64,000 nt of DNA from Candidatus Heimdallarchaeota archaeon (GTDB lineage Archaea; Asgardarchaeota; Heimdallarchaeia; Heimdallarchaeales; Heimdallarchaeaceae): contig JAUVXV010000004.1 of NCBI GenBank assembly GCA_030603365.1, positions 96,001 through 160,000 on the forward strand, in the 5' to 3' direction. Each line of letters begins with the position of its first letter. Position 1 is the stretch's first letter. The notes under the pieces are model-generated. The model was given only the letters and a program-made list of their open reading frames with translations, did no database searches and was not told the DNA's origin. This document shows, in pieces, positions 9,320-19,165 of the stretch. A program made the position numbers and the translations under genes.

Positions 9320-10588
9320 ATGAGTAATGTTTTCCTAGGATATGATCACAGTAAAGGAGATTTCCACGAGTTAAAGGACGGTTCTAAATTCCAAACTCTA
9401 CTTGATACTGAATCAGGTGATATAGCCAGAAAATTGTCTGGATTAGGATTAGATGGTCTTTTAACTTTTAATCACGAAAAAGAAGAATGGCATCTTATTT
9501 TTGGTAGCCACCTCGGTCTTGTTGCACAAAGAACAGGAAGAAGAATAGCTGATACAATCAGTAGATCCGGATTCATGTTAGCTTCTGGAGAACGAGCTGG
9601 AACAAAATGTAGATTAGAACAAATAACTGAAGACAATATTGGTGACCTACACAAAACAGTACAAGAGAAATATATTGATACTGATCTTGGTGGTTTTCAG
9701 GGTGATTCAAGACAAGATTCCTTCCCAAGGAAGGTTTTTTCACAAGACATACCTCCACAAAAGGGAATACCTGTTGTAACACCAGAACCAGTAGAAGATC
9801 AGAAACTTATGCCCCCTCAAGATATATACGAGCCAAAGCCAATTGTTGAACCAACACATGAACCAGCAATCGAAGAATCTTATACACCAGAACCTGAGCC
9901 TGAACCTCAAACCATGGTTTTCTCTGAGCCTGAGCCAGTAACTGAACCAGAGCCTCCAGCTAAAACCTATGTAGAACCTGTGGTTGAACCAGTAACTGAA
10001 CCAGAGGTTAGTGAAGAACCAGTTGTTGAGGAAATGGTTAAAGAAACTGTCGAGGAAGTTGTTGAAGAAGTCGTTGAAGAAGTCGTTGAAGAAATAGCTG
10101 AAGCTGTAGCTGATGCCGTTGCTGAGGAGATTTCAGACGAAACAATATCTGGCGTGATAAAAGAGGCAATAGAAGAAAAAGCTGAAGAAATTGTAGAGAG
10201 CGTTGTTGACGAAGTAATGGAAGAAATTGAAGAAGAAATTGAAGAAGCTCTTGAAGAAGCTCTTGAAGAAGATAAACCACTTGAAGATGTGGTTGAGGAT
10301 ATTGTCGAAGAGGTCATTGAAGAAATTGTTGAGGAAGTAACTGACGCAGTAGAAGAAATCGCAGAAGACGCTATGGAAGATATAGTTGAAGAAGTTCTCG
10401 AAGAAACTGTCGAGGAAATAAGTGAAGAAAAAGCAGAACACATAGCTGAAGATGTCGTCGAAGAAGTTATTGAGAAAGTTACTGAAGATATTGTTGAAGA
10501 TGTCGTCGAAGAAAAAGTGGAAGAAATAACTGAAGCGGTTGAAGAAGCCGTTAAAGAAGAATTCAACATAGAAACTGAAGATGATTAA
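9320..10588 (+). CDS. Hypothetical protein: globular (possibly gelsolin-like) head, Pro/Glu linker and long acidic EE-hydrophobic repeat tail
   Basis: 422 aa with PEPEPEP linker and EEVVEEVVEEIA tetrad repeats over about 190 aa. Confidence 0.8.
   Translation: MSNVFLGYDHSKGDFHELKDGSKFQTLLDTESGDIARKLSGLGLDGLLTFNHEKEEWHLIFGSHLGLVAQRTGRRIADTISRSGFMLASGERAGTKCRLEQITEDNIGDLHKTVQEKYIDTDLGGFQGDSRQDSFPRKVFSQDIPPQKGIPVVTPEPVEDQKLMPPQDIYEPKPIVEPTHEPAIEESYTPEPEPEPQTMVFSEPEPVTEPEPPAKTYVEPVVEPVTEPEVSEEPVVEEMVKETVEEVVEEVVEEVVEEIAEAVADAVAEEISDETISGVIKEAIEEKAEEIVESVVDEVMEEIEEEIEEALEEALEEDKPLEDVVEDIVEEVIEEIVEEVTDAVEEIAEDAMEDIVEEVLEETVEEISEEKAEHIAEDVVEEVIEKVTEDIVEDVVEEKVEEITEAVEEAVKEEFNIETEDD
10015..10560 (+). 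repeat. Low-complexity coding repeat (GTTGAAGAA-like units encoding EEVV/EEIV/EEAL)
   Basis: Imperfect 12-nt periodicity such as gttgaagaagtc-gttgaagaagtc and gaagaagctctt x2. Confidence 0.8.
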
Positions 10589-10655
10589 ATAATCTTCATT
10601 CTTTTTATTTATTTTTTACAAAATCCATTTAAAGAGAAATTATCCATTTGTCTTA

Positions 10656-11678
10656 ATGTCTGATAGAATACTGACGATTCTTGCAGGTGGATCTTCCCGA
10701 AGATTTCAGAATAACGAAGGTCGATGGTCAGACAAAGTACTAAAGGAATACAACAATAAACCACTATTGGTTCATTTACTGGAGGGATGCAGGAGATACT
10801 ATGACCTAGTTGGTATATCTGTAAACACAAAGGCAAGGAAAAGAACATATTCAAAAATAGTAAATTCTTATATCACAAATAAATTTGTTAAGTACATTAT
10901 TGATTTTAAGAAAGTCGCCTTTGAGGGTGTTCTAAAGGGAATTTATTCTACCATGGAATACTTTGAGAACAAATCAATACAATTTATCCCATCAGATAGA
11001 CCTTATCTCTTGTTTGAGATTCTAAAGGAATTGAAAGTTAAACCAAATGGGGTAAGTATTTTCAAATATTCTGATGGTATGATAGAACCACTACTGGCTT
11101 TATATGGTTCAAATTCAAGAATTTCATCAAAATTTCTCAATCTTTCATTGTCACGAGCTGATGTCCCCATACGGCTTTCACAGTATATTCAAACATATTG
11201 CATTGATGATTTATTAAAGAAAAACGATTTGTCAGCAGATATTTTTACTAATATTAATGTTCAAGGTAATTTAACCAGAGAAATAACAGAATTAGATGAT
11301 CTATCAAATATCTGTATACCTTCTCCTGAGAACATTGAAAAGCAATCTGAATTAATCTTAAATGACATAAATGATTATGAAGATGTCTTAGATGTTGCTA
11401 ATGAATTAATGGAGAAAGAACATTTCTATGCAGCTTATTTATTGTCTTTGTCTTCATTAAAGAAAAAGAAATTAGATTCAGAAGTATTCAAACAAATAGG
11501 AAAAGAAGCTCTTCTAAAAGAGCGAGAATACTGGAAGGTTAAAAATCTACCATTTCTTGAACTTCATGCTTTACAAGATTTAATCACTATTTTTCCAGAG
11601 GAACAAACGAGAGATAATATGAGTTCCGTGATAAAACTAAAAGAAAAAATGAAAATTAAATCCAGAAGGTTGAAATAG
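10656..11678 (+). CDS. mobA: Molybdenum cofactor guanylyltransferase (MobA-like) with C-terminal extension
   Basis: ILAGGSSRRF, DK, PSDRPY, IEPLLALY, FTNIN motifs; convergent with a formate dehydrogenase gene. Confidence 0.8.
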   Translation: MSDRILTILAGGSSRRFQNNEGRWSDKVLKEYNNKPLLVHLLEGCRRYYDLVGISVNTKARKRTYSKIVNSYITNKFVKYIIDFKKVAFEGVLKGIYSTMEYFENKSIQFIPSDRPYLLFEILKELKVKPNGVSIFKYSDGMIEPLLALYGSNSRISSKFLNLSLSRADVPIRLSQYIQTYCIDDLLKKNDLSADIFTNINVQGNLTREITELDDLSNICIPSPENIEKQSELILNDINDYEDVLDVANELMEKEHFYAAYLLSLSSLKKKKLDSEVFKQIGKEALLKEREYWKVKNLPFLELHALQDLITIFPEEQTRDNMSSVIKLKEKMKIKSRRLK

Positions 11679-11688
11679 ACTTCTGGAT

Positions 11689-14403
11689 CTATTCTTTTGA
11701 GACTTTGATAGCACAAACTTTGAATTCAGGAATTTTTGCTAAAGGATCTAAAGCATCAATTGTAAGAAGGTTTGCAGCAGATTCTTTATAGTGAAAAGAC
11801 ATGAAAACAAGACCTTCTTGGATTTTATTTGTAACCTTGGCAACTGTAGTAACTTTACCTCGTCTGGATTCAATTTTAATTTTGTCACCATCTTTAATAC
11901 CTAATTTTTCAGCATCTTTTGTATTAATTTGGCTTCTTTCAATAGGTCTTCTCTCATGTAATCCTTTGGATCTTCTAGACATCTCTCCAGTATGGAAGTG
12001 ATATAGAATACGTCCTGTAGTAAGCATGAAAGGATATTCTTTATCTGGTAATTCTGCAGGGTCGATATAGGAAATTGTATGGAATTTACCCTTACCTCTA
12101 CTGAATTCCTCTTGATGAAGGATTTTTGTTCCTTGATGATTCTTATCTTTGCAAGGCCATTGCAATCCAATTTCCTCAATTCTTTCATAGTTTATACCAG
12201 CATAAATCGGTGATGTTGAAGCAATTTCATCCATTATTTCACTTGGATGTTCGTACATCGCTGGAATACCAAATCGATTTAGAAGTTCAATTAATATTAC
12301 CCAATCGTCTTTTCTTTCTCCTACGGGTTCTATTGCTCTTCGCACTCTCTGAACTCGTCTTTCTGTATTAGTAAATGTTCCATCTTTTTCAGCAAAAGAC
12401 ACACCAGGGATAACAACATCAGCATACTTAGCTGTTTCTGTTAGGAAGATATCTTGTACAACGAGAAATTCAAGTTTATCAAGAGCATCACGTACATGGT
12501 TAACATTGGGATCGCTGAGAACAGGATTTTCACCCATTATGTAAATACCTCGAATGCCTCCGTCATAAGCTGCATTCATTATTTCAACAATTGTTAAACC
12601 ATTTTTGTCATCAAGGTTAGTAACATTCCAAGTTTTCTCAAACTTTGCTTTATTTTCTGGTTCAGTTACTTTCTGATAACCGGGATAAACATTAGGAAGA
12701 CCACCTACGTCACAAGCACCTTGAACATTATTTTGCCCTCTCAATGGATTAACCCCAGCTCCTGGACGACCTATATTTCCGGTTAACATAGCAAGATTTG
12801 CAAGGGATAAAACATTATCAGTACCTGTTGTATGTTGGGTAATACCCATTGAATAAACGATTGATGCTGTTTTAGCTTTTGCATACATTATGGCAGCATT
12901 CTTTACTTCCTCTACATCCACATTAGCTATTTTACACAGAGCATCTAAAGGGGTGTCCTTCAAACCTTTCTGATATTCTTCAAATCCTTCAGTTCTTTCC
13001 TTGATGAATTTTTCATCATAGAGGTTTTCTTCAAGAATTACTTTCATAAAAGCGTTAATTAGAGCAACATCAGAACCAGGTTTGTGTTGTAAATATATCT
13101 CTGAATAATCTACCAGTTCAATCCTACGTGGATCTGCAACAATCAATTTTGTTTTCTCTTGAGTTACTGCTTGCTTGATTTTCATCCCTATAACAGGATG
13201 AGCTTCTGTTGTATTGCTACCTATGATAAAAATAACTTCTGCATCATTTGCTAAATCGTCTATACTGTTTGTCATAGCTCCAGAACCAAATGCTTTTGCA
13301 AGACCTGTTACGGTGGAAGCATGACACAATCTAGCACAGTGATCAACATTATTTGTGCCAATACCAGCTCTAGCAAGCTTTTGCATAAGATAATTTTCTT
13401 CATTTGTACATTTAGCAGAAGCAAGAAAAGCTAGAGCATCAGGTCCGCTTTCATCTCGAATTGCTTTTAGCTTCTGTTCTATCAAATCAAAAGCTTCATC
13501 CCAGGAAGCTTCAACCAGTTCCCCATTCTTCTTTATTAAAGGAGTGTTTAGCCTATCTGGGTGATTGACAAAATCCCAACCAAAACGTCCTTTGACACAT
13601 AAAGCAGTTCCATTAACAACATTGTCAAGATTGGAATCAACATAAGAAATAGTGTTTGCATCTAGATTAGCTAGAATATCAAAATTACACCCAACTCCAC
13701 AATAAGAACAAATGGTAGTTGTTTTAGTTAATTCTTCACAAAATTCAGCATGTGTCATATGATGACTGGAAAGAGCACCAGAAGGACATAAGGCGACACA
13801 GTTTCCACAAGCAACACAACCAGAGGATTCAAAGCTTATTTCATCTTTAGGAAACGGATAACCATCAAATTTACCTCTTTCCATAGTAAGAACATTACAA
13901 ATCTGAAGCTCTTGAGTTACTCTTACACATAAACCACATTTAACACATGCGCTGGAATTAAAGGAGAAGAATTCATTATTTTCTCTCAAATCTTTTTCCT
14001 TTACTTCTTTTTCAATAGGTTCTTGATCACCAAGATATTTTTCTTCTAAGATTTTAATTTTACAACTCTGTCCTGTTCCACAAACAGAACATTCGTCTGC
14101 ATGTGATTTAACCATTTTTCGAATTAAAGCTGTTCTAGTTTTTACTATTCTCTCAGAATTAGTTTTGATGATAGCATTAGGTTGAGCAAGCTCTTTGCAA
14201 GAAGCTACTACTTTTGAAACACCATCAATCTCTTGTTCGACAACACAAACTCTGCATTTACCCGCAGGTTCTACTGCAGGATGATGACAAACAGTGGGTA
14301 TTTCTATTCCATTCTTTTCTGCAATTGTAAGGTAAGTTTCGTCAGAATAACCCTCTACCTCTTTACCATCAATTGTAATATTGATTTTCTCTCTACTTGA
14401 CAT
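11689..14403 (-). CDS. fdhF: Formate dehydrogenase alpha subunit (FdhF-type, Cys form) with N-terminal 2Fe-2S and 4Fe-4S domains
   Basis: GIEIPTVCHH...CRVCVVE, CVKCGLCVR, CVACGNCVALCP, CSYCGVGC, VDHCARLCH, LRGQNNVQG, PEFKVCAI. Confidence 0.93.
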   Translation of the reverse strand: MSSREKINITIDGKEVEGYSDETYLTIAEKNGIEIPTVCHHPAVEPAGKCRVCVVEQEIDGVSKVVASCKELAQPNAIIKTNSERIVKTRTALIRKMVKSHADECSVCGTGQSCKIKILEEKYLGDQEPIEKEVKEKDLRENNEFFSFNSSACVKCGLCVRVTQELQICNVLTMERGKFDGYPFPKDEISFESSGCVACGNCVALCPSGALSSHHMTHAEFCEELTKTTTICSYCGVGCNFDILANLDANTISYVDSNLDNVVNGTALCVKGRFGWDFVNHPDRLNTPLIKKNGELVEASWDEAFDLIEQKLKAIRDESGPDALAFLASAKCTNEENYLMQKLARAGIGTNNVDHCARLCHASTVTGLAKAFGSGAMTNSIDDLANDAEVIFIIGSNTTEAHPVIGMKIKQAVTQEKTKLIVADPRRIELVDYSEIYLQHKPGSDVALINAFMKVILEENLYDEKFIKERTEGFEEYQKGLKDTPLDALCKIANVDVEEVKNAAIMYAKAKTASIVYSMGITQHTTGTDNVLSLANLAMLTGNIGRPGAGVNPLRGQNNVQGACDVGGLPNVYPGYQKVTEPENKAKFEKTWNVTNLDDKNGLTIVEIMNAAYDGGIRGIYIMGENPVLSDPNVNHVRDALDKLEFLVVQDIFLTETAKYADVVIPGVSFAEKDGTFTNTERRVQRVRRAIEPVGERKDDWVILIELLNRFGIPAMYEHPSEIMDEIASTSPIYAGINYERIEEIGLQWPCKDKNHQGTKILHQEEFSRGKGKFHTISYIDPAELPDKEYPFMLTTGRILYHFHTGEMSRRSKGLHERRPIERSQINTKDAEKLGIKDGDKIKIESRRGKVTTVAKVTNKIQEGLVFMSFHYKESAANLLTIDALDPLAKIPEFKVCAIKVSKE

Positions 14404-14586
14404 TTTTTTTCACCAGAAAAGGTAATATACACTTGGATTTCGATACTAGGAGGAAATAAAAAGTCTTTCGTTAAATAGTTTCAAGAATTGAGCAAAACTT
14501 TAATCTAGAAGATACTCTAAACATTTACATACAACCTTTGTTTAGATAGGGTAAGCTTTCGAAATTCAATAATTCAGAGGTAAAGA

Positions 14587-15627
14587 ATGTCAGAAACATC
14601 CCACAAGATTCTTTTTCAAAATTCACAAGATATGCAAGGTACTGAGAATGAATCAGTAGATCTTGTTGTTACATCTCCACCATATTGTATGGTTCAGATT
14701 TGGGATGAAGTCTTTTCTGAAATGAATCCAGAAATAAGAAAAGCTCTAGCAGATGAAAATGGTAATTTGGCTTTTGAATTGATGCACCAAGAGTTAGATA
14801 AAGTCTGGAATGAAGCTTATAGAGTACTTAAAACAAATGGCATTGCTTGCATAAATATTGGTGATGCTACAAGAAGTATAGGAAACAATTTCAAGCTTTA
14901 TGCATCTCATTCTCGTATTATCTCTCATTGCTGTAAAATTGGTTTTCAATGTCTTCCATTAATCATTTGGACCAAATTAACTAATGCACCAAACAAATTT
15001 ATGGGTTCAGGAATGCTTCCTCCTGGGGGATATGTTACTCTTGAACATGAGTATATTCTAATTTTAAGAAAGGGTGGAAAGAGAGAATTCAAAACTGAAG
15101 AAGAGAAGAAAGAACGACTTAATAGTTCCTATTTTTGGGAAGAAAGGAATAAATGGTTTTCAGATATATGGGATCTTAAAGGAGTACATCAAGCACTAAA
15201 TGGGGAAAATTTAAGGAAGAGAAGCGCAGCCTTCCCTTTTGAATTGGCTTACAGACTAATAAGCATGTATTCTCTAAAAGGAGACACTGTTTTAGATCCT
15301 TTCCTAGGTACAGGAACAACAATGCTTGCAGCAATGGCTTTAGAAAGAAATAGCATAAATGTAGAAATTGAAGAAAATTTCAAGGAAATAATTGATCAAA
15401 GAGTATTGGAAATCAAGGAACATGCAAATGAATTTAACAACAACAGAATTCAGGACCATATTGATTTTATCAAAGAATATTCTGAAAAATACGAAAAACC
15501 TCCTTATGAAAACGAAAAATATGGTTTTCCAGTAAAAACAAAACAAGAAATAGTTTTCAAACTAAGAGAAATTAGAGATGTTCGAAAATTCGATGACAAT
15601 CAATACAAAGTTATTTACCAAGATTAA
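14587..15627 (+). CDS. Site-specific DNA methyltransferase (N4-C/N6-A, beta class), orphan
   Basis: VVTSPPY catalytic motif precedes VLDPFLGTGTT SAM-binding motif; no adjacent nuclease. Confidence 0.9.
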   Translation: MSETSHKILFQNSQDMQGTENESVDLVVTSPPYCMVQIWDEVFSEMNPEIRKALADENGNLAFELMHQELDKVWNEAYRVLKTNGIACINIGDATRSIGNNFKLYASHSRIISHCCKIGFQCLPLIIWTKLTNAPNKFMGSGMLPPGGYVTLEHEYILILRKGGKREFKTEEEKKERLNSSYFWEERNKWFSDIWDLKGVHQALNGENLRKRSAAFPFELAYRLISMYSLKGDTVLDPFLGTGTTMLAAMALERNSINVEIEENFKEIIDQRVLEIKEHANEFNNNRIQDHIDFIKEYSEKYEKPPYENEKYGFPVKTKQEIVFKLREIRDVRKFDDNQYKVIYQD

Positions 15628-15691
15628 TTTTGTTTGACTTCTTTATATTTATAAGATATCTAAACATAGTAATCAGCAATAGAAGATTGAT

Positions 15692-16555
15692 GTGTTGTAT
15701 TTGAGAATAAAGACAGACGTAGCAGTGATTGTTCCAGAAAAGGATTTAGCTGCACAAACAATTTGGAATCAATTAAAAAACCAATCTCTTGTCAAAGAAA
15801 CAAATGAACGATTTGATGATAATCCAGTATTTTCATATGAAAAGGAACCTAATAAAATAAAATTCATTCATTCAACGAAAGATGGAGTGGAATCCAAACA
15901 TCTAGATTCAAAAATCGAAGCAAAACTCTACATATTTGCAAGCAGACATAGGGCTGCATCTGGAACACCAGCTCTTCTTATACATCCTACAGGAAATTGG
16001 TCGAAAATAACTCTAGCAGGAAGAGAGTCTGAACTTTCCTATACTTCTAGCTGGGCATTAAAGTATGGCTTAATGAAACTAAAAGAGAAGAAAGAACTTC
16101 ATAATCTAGAAGAGTTTAAAGTAGATTTAGAAATAACTCATCATGGTCCTACTGAACTGATGACACCTTTAATTTTCATGGAACTAGGAAGCAGTGAAGA
16201 ATTTTGGAAACATGAAAAAGGAGCAACAGCTGTGGGGGAAGCAATCATAGAAACAGCTGAAGGATTTATACGTCAAAACAATTTCTCAGGTCAAAGCTAT
16301 CTTGGGTTTGGTGGAAATCATTACGCGTATAGATTTCACAAACATCTAATGGAAAATAATGATGTTTTTATTGGTCATATAGCTCCAAAACATACCTTGG
16401 ATGATGTTACATTAGAAATTGTTCAAGAAGCATTTAACAAAACAATTGAAAAACCAGTAGGGGCTTTTGTAGATAAAAAGGGGGCAAGATCTGAGCAAAG
16501 GAAGAAGATAATTGAAATAGTAGAAGAATTGGGAAAAGAATGCATAATCCTCTAA
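15692..16555 (+). CDS. dtdA: D-aminoacyl-tRNA deacylase (archaeal DTD2)
   Basis: FASRHRA, LLIHPTGNW, EITHHGPT, FMELGS, GFGGNHY, GHIAPKH. Confidence 0.92.
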   Translation: MLYLRIKTDVAVIVPEKDLAAQTIWNQLKNQSLVKETNERFDDNPVFSYEKEPNKIKFIHSTKDGVESKHLDSKIEAKLYIFASRHRAASGTPALLIHPTGNWSKITLAGRESELSYTSSWALKYGLMKLKEKKELHNLEEFKVDLEITHHGPTELMTPLIFMELGSSEEFWKHEKGATAVGEAIIETAEGFIRQNNFSGQSYLGFGGNHYAYRFHKHLMENNDVFIGHIAPKHTLDDVTLEIVQEAFNKTIEKPVGAFVDKKGARSEQRKKIIEIVEELGKECIIL

Positions 16556-16582
16556 TCAGTTAAGATAAGATTCTAACAATAC

Positions 16583-17671
16583 TTAATATTCCTGATAGAA
16601 TTCTTCAAACTCTTTAAGTTCATCTTTCAATCTGTTTAATTCTTCTGAATCTTCAGCACTAGGTTCTTCTTCTTCAAAAATATCAAAAGTCTTTAAGTTT
16701 AGATTTTTTCTAGCTTTCTGTTCTAGTTTGTTTATTCTTGTTCTTGTTGCAAAGAATTTCAGAAATTTAAATTTAAGCTTAGAGGATTTCTTTTCCCATT
16801 CTTCTGCAAAATTTCCACTTTCAATATTTTGTAGAATTTCACTCATTTTCTCTTTCAGAGGTAAGTTTCGAAACTTGATTCCTCTACTCATTGCACCATA
16901 TTGACTGGTATGGGAGTGAAGATTAACTTGTTTTACAAGACCTATTTTAGCCATCTTATGGTAGGTATAGCTCATCTCTTCAGACATAAACATTTCAATT
17001 AATACTGCTTCAAGCGGATATCCTGCATCAACTAATGTAAATATGCTAGTTAACAAAACTCGACCAAACGCGGGACCAAATGCTTGTTCATTAAAGAGAT
17101 CAAGCACTGCTTCTTGTTTAAAGTTTACATCAATTGCACCTTTTTTCAACGTGCCAATTGCTTTACAAAGGGCAAGAAGCTTTTCTTTAGCCTTGCCTGA
17201 CGCATCATTTTCAACATGAACAAAACTATAGAATCCTTCATTTGTAAGAAACCTTGCTCGAACACCTGCGCCAATCATTCTTGGTGCAATCATAAGAATA
17301 TCATGACTTTTAGAATCTTCAATTATATTAAAAGCAATATTATAACCACTAGCAAAGACTATTGCACCTTTCTTCTTTAGATTAGGCTTAATGTCGTTTT
17401 CATATGTGTCTTTCATAATTTCATCCGGAATTAGAAGAAAGAGAATGTCACAAAGACTAGTAGCTTTATCGATCGAATAAGCTTCAAATCCGTCCTTCTC
17501 TGCACGTTTCTTGTAATTGTCACTACGATTGCCAATAATAACTTTAAGTCCAGAATCTCTCATATTAAGAGCTTGGGCTCTTCCCTGGTTCCCATAACCA
17601 ATTACAGCAACTGTACCATCTCTTATAATATCTAGATTCCCATCCTTTTCAGTAAAGATGTTTTTATCCAT
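16583..17671 (-). CDS. ilvC: Ketol-acid reductoisomerase
   Basis: VIGYGNQGRAQALNMRDSG, LIPDE, IAPRM, EAVLDLFNEQ, HSHTSQYG. Confidence 0.9.
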   Translation of the reverse strand: MDKNIFTEKDGNLDIIRDGTVAVIGYGNQGRAQALNMRDSGLKVIIGNRSDNYKKRAEKDGFEAYSIDKATSLCDILFLLIPDEIMKDTYENDIKPNLKKKGAIVFASGYNIAFNIIEDSKSHDILMIAPRMIGAGVRARFLTNEGFYSFVHVENDASGKAKEKLLALCKAIGTLKKGAIDVNFKQEAVLDLFNEQAFGPAFGRVLLTSIFTLVDAGYPLEAVLIEMFMSEEMSYTYHKMAKIGLVKQVNLHSHTSQYGAMSRGIKFRNLPLKEKMSEILQNIESGNFAEEWEKKSSKLKFKFLKFFATRTRINKLEQKARKNLNLKTFDIFEEEEPSAEDSEELNRLKDELKEFEEFYQEY

Positions 17672-17781
17672 GTTTAAAAGAAGAATTAACCTAATAAAAT
17701 TATTATGGTAATAAATGTTAAAAGTTAGTAAAGGGCTTTTTTTAGGTTTATATATTGTGTTTAAGAGATAAATCTGATAGT

Positions 17782-18669
17782 ATGAATACTGCAGAGAAGG
17801 AGGAAAAAAATAATTCTAAGTTAAAAGGAAAAGTAGTAGTCATTACAGGTGCTTCTTCAGGAATAGGGAAAGCTGTTGCATTATCTTTAGCTAAACACCA
17901 ACCAAAACTGGTCATTTTTGCAAGAAGAGAAAAAAAACTAATGCAAATAGCTAGAACTCTGAAGGAGCAAGGTATTAAACTTTTACCAATTGTAGGAGAT
18001 ATTAGAAACAGAGATGATAGGGAAAAATTAATTGATTCTACATTAAAAGTATTTGGGTCAATTGATGTTCTAATAAACAACGCAGGGTTAGGAAAAGCTA
18101 ACCTTTTCCTAGAACAACCCGAAGAGGAAATTGATGAACTAATTGAAACGAATTTCTTGTCCTTAGTTAAACTTACACAAAAAACTGTACAGATAATGAA
18201 GGAACAACAAAGTGGACACATAGTCAATTTATCTACATCTTTAGTTATGTTACCAGCCTATCCTTTTGCAGTCTATAATTCTACAAAATCTGCGATAATG
18301 ACTTTTGGAGATTCAATAAGAAAAGAGATGAAGGATTATGGGATTTCAGTATCCACGGTATTTCCAGGTCCTTATAATACCAATTTCCATGAAGTTGCAC
18401 ACTGTGGTATAGACAAATTCAAGGTTTATGATGTAACCAAATTAGCCAATAAAATTGTAAAATTACTCCTAAAACCAAAAGACAATCTGATACAACCCTG
18501 GTTCTTTTCGGTATATTCTTGTCTTTCTAAGAGATCTAATAGGTTTAGAAAGAAGGTTTCAATTGAAATAGGTGATTCCATATTAAGAGCAAAAAAACTA
18601 GCAGAGAACGAACTCAAGATAGAAAAAGAACAAATAAAAAGAGAAAAGGTACAAATCATAGCTCAGTAA
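17782..18669 (+). CDS. Short-chain dehydrogenase/reductase
   Basis: TGASSGIG, NNAG, YNSTK. Confidence 0.92.
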   Translation: MNTAEKEEKNNSKLKGKVVVITGASSGIGKAVALSLAKHQPKLVIFARREKKLMQIARTLKEQGIKLLPIVGDIRNRDDREKLIDSTLKVFGSIDVLINNAGLGKANLFLEQPEEEIDELIETNFLSLVKLTQKTVQIMKEQQSGHIVNLSTSLVMLPAYPFAVYNSTKSAIMTFGDSIRKEMKDYGISVSTVFPGPYNTNFHEVAHCGIDKFKVYDVTKLANKIVKLLLKPKDNLIQPWFFSVYSCLSKRSNRFRKKVSIEIGDSILRAKKLAENELKIEKEQIKREKVQIIAQ

Positions 18670-18740
18670 AAATGGGATTAACAACAAAATACCTAATCTA
18701 AGTTCTTTTTTTCTTGTTTTAATAGTGTTAAGAATAAATA

Positions 18741-18795
18741 GAAGCTAGCCTGAATTTTGAAGAATTATGTTGGATTTGGAGAAGCTAGCTTCAGA
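18741..18795 (+). repeat. Hairpin element copy A (GAAGCTAGCC...AGCTAGCTTCAGA), candidate ncRNA or dispersed repeat
   Basis: 9-bp inverted repeat GAAGCTAGC (18741-18749) / GCTAGCTTC (18784-18792); both ends are shared with the element at 28878-28958 on the minus strand. Confidence 0.5.
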
Positions 18796-18837
18796 AAATA
18801 ATATTGATTACCATTTAAAAACACAAAAATTTGCGTT

Positions 18838-19011
18838 TTATCCAAACAAATTATCAATTGAGGTTGTAGACCAATCAATTAAACTGAAAATCACTCCAAA
18901 GATTACGGCAAAAATAAGAATAGCGATACCAATAAGAAGAATTTCCTCTAGTATTGGACTTCCTCTTTTCTTTACCAACTTTAGATTCTTTAGATACTGG
19001 AATATGAACAT
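18838..19011 (-). CDS. Small class III signal peptide (Flp/type IV pilin-like) protein, 57 aa, absent from the ORF track
   Basis: MFIFQYLKNLKLVKKRG|SPILEEILLIGIAILIFAVIFGVIFSLIDWSTTSIDNLFG: basic leader, Gly at -1, Glu at +5, hydrophobic helix. Confidence 0.75.
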   Translation of the reverse strand: MFIFQYLKNLKLVKKRGSPILEEILLIGIAILIFAVIFGVIFSLIDWSTTSIDNLFG

Positions 19012-19165
19012 TGTATTCAGTTCTTGTACTAAAAGACTCTATTTAAACTCAACAAAATCTTAGAAATGAAAGGACAAAGTTTGAACAAGTTTCATAACGT
19101 GCGTAAAGAACTTTCGTGAATTTAAGTGATTAAAAAAAAATTAGAATTTAAGCAATCCCAATGTA

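Noticed and set aside
10015-10560. CRISPR array or non-coding tandem repeat
   Set aside because: The repeats are imperfect, in frame and coding, with no repeat-spacer structure and no cas genes in the window.
9967-10569. Ser/Thr-rich 200-aa ORF and two other minus-strand ORFs
   Set aside because: These are antisense shadows of the GAA-rich repeat of the plus-strand gene.
11689-14403. Selenocysteine in formate dehydrogenase
   Set aside because: The active-site position is Cys (CARLCH) in an uninterrupted ORF with no in-frame TGA.
18767-19063. 98-aa plus-strand ORF
   Set aside because: It overlaps the more convincing pilin-like ORF on the opposite strand and the hairpin element, and has no recognisable features.
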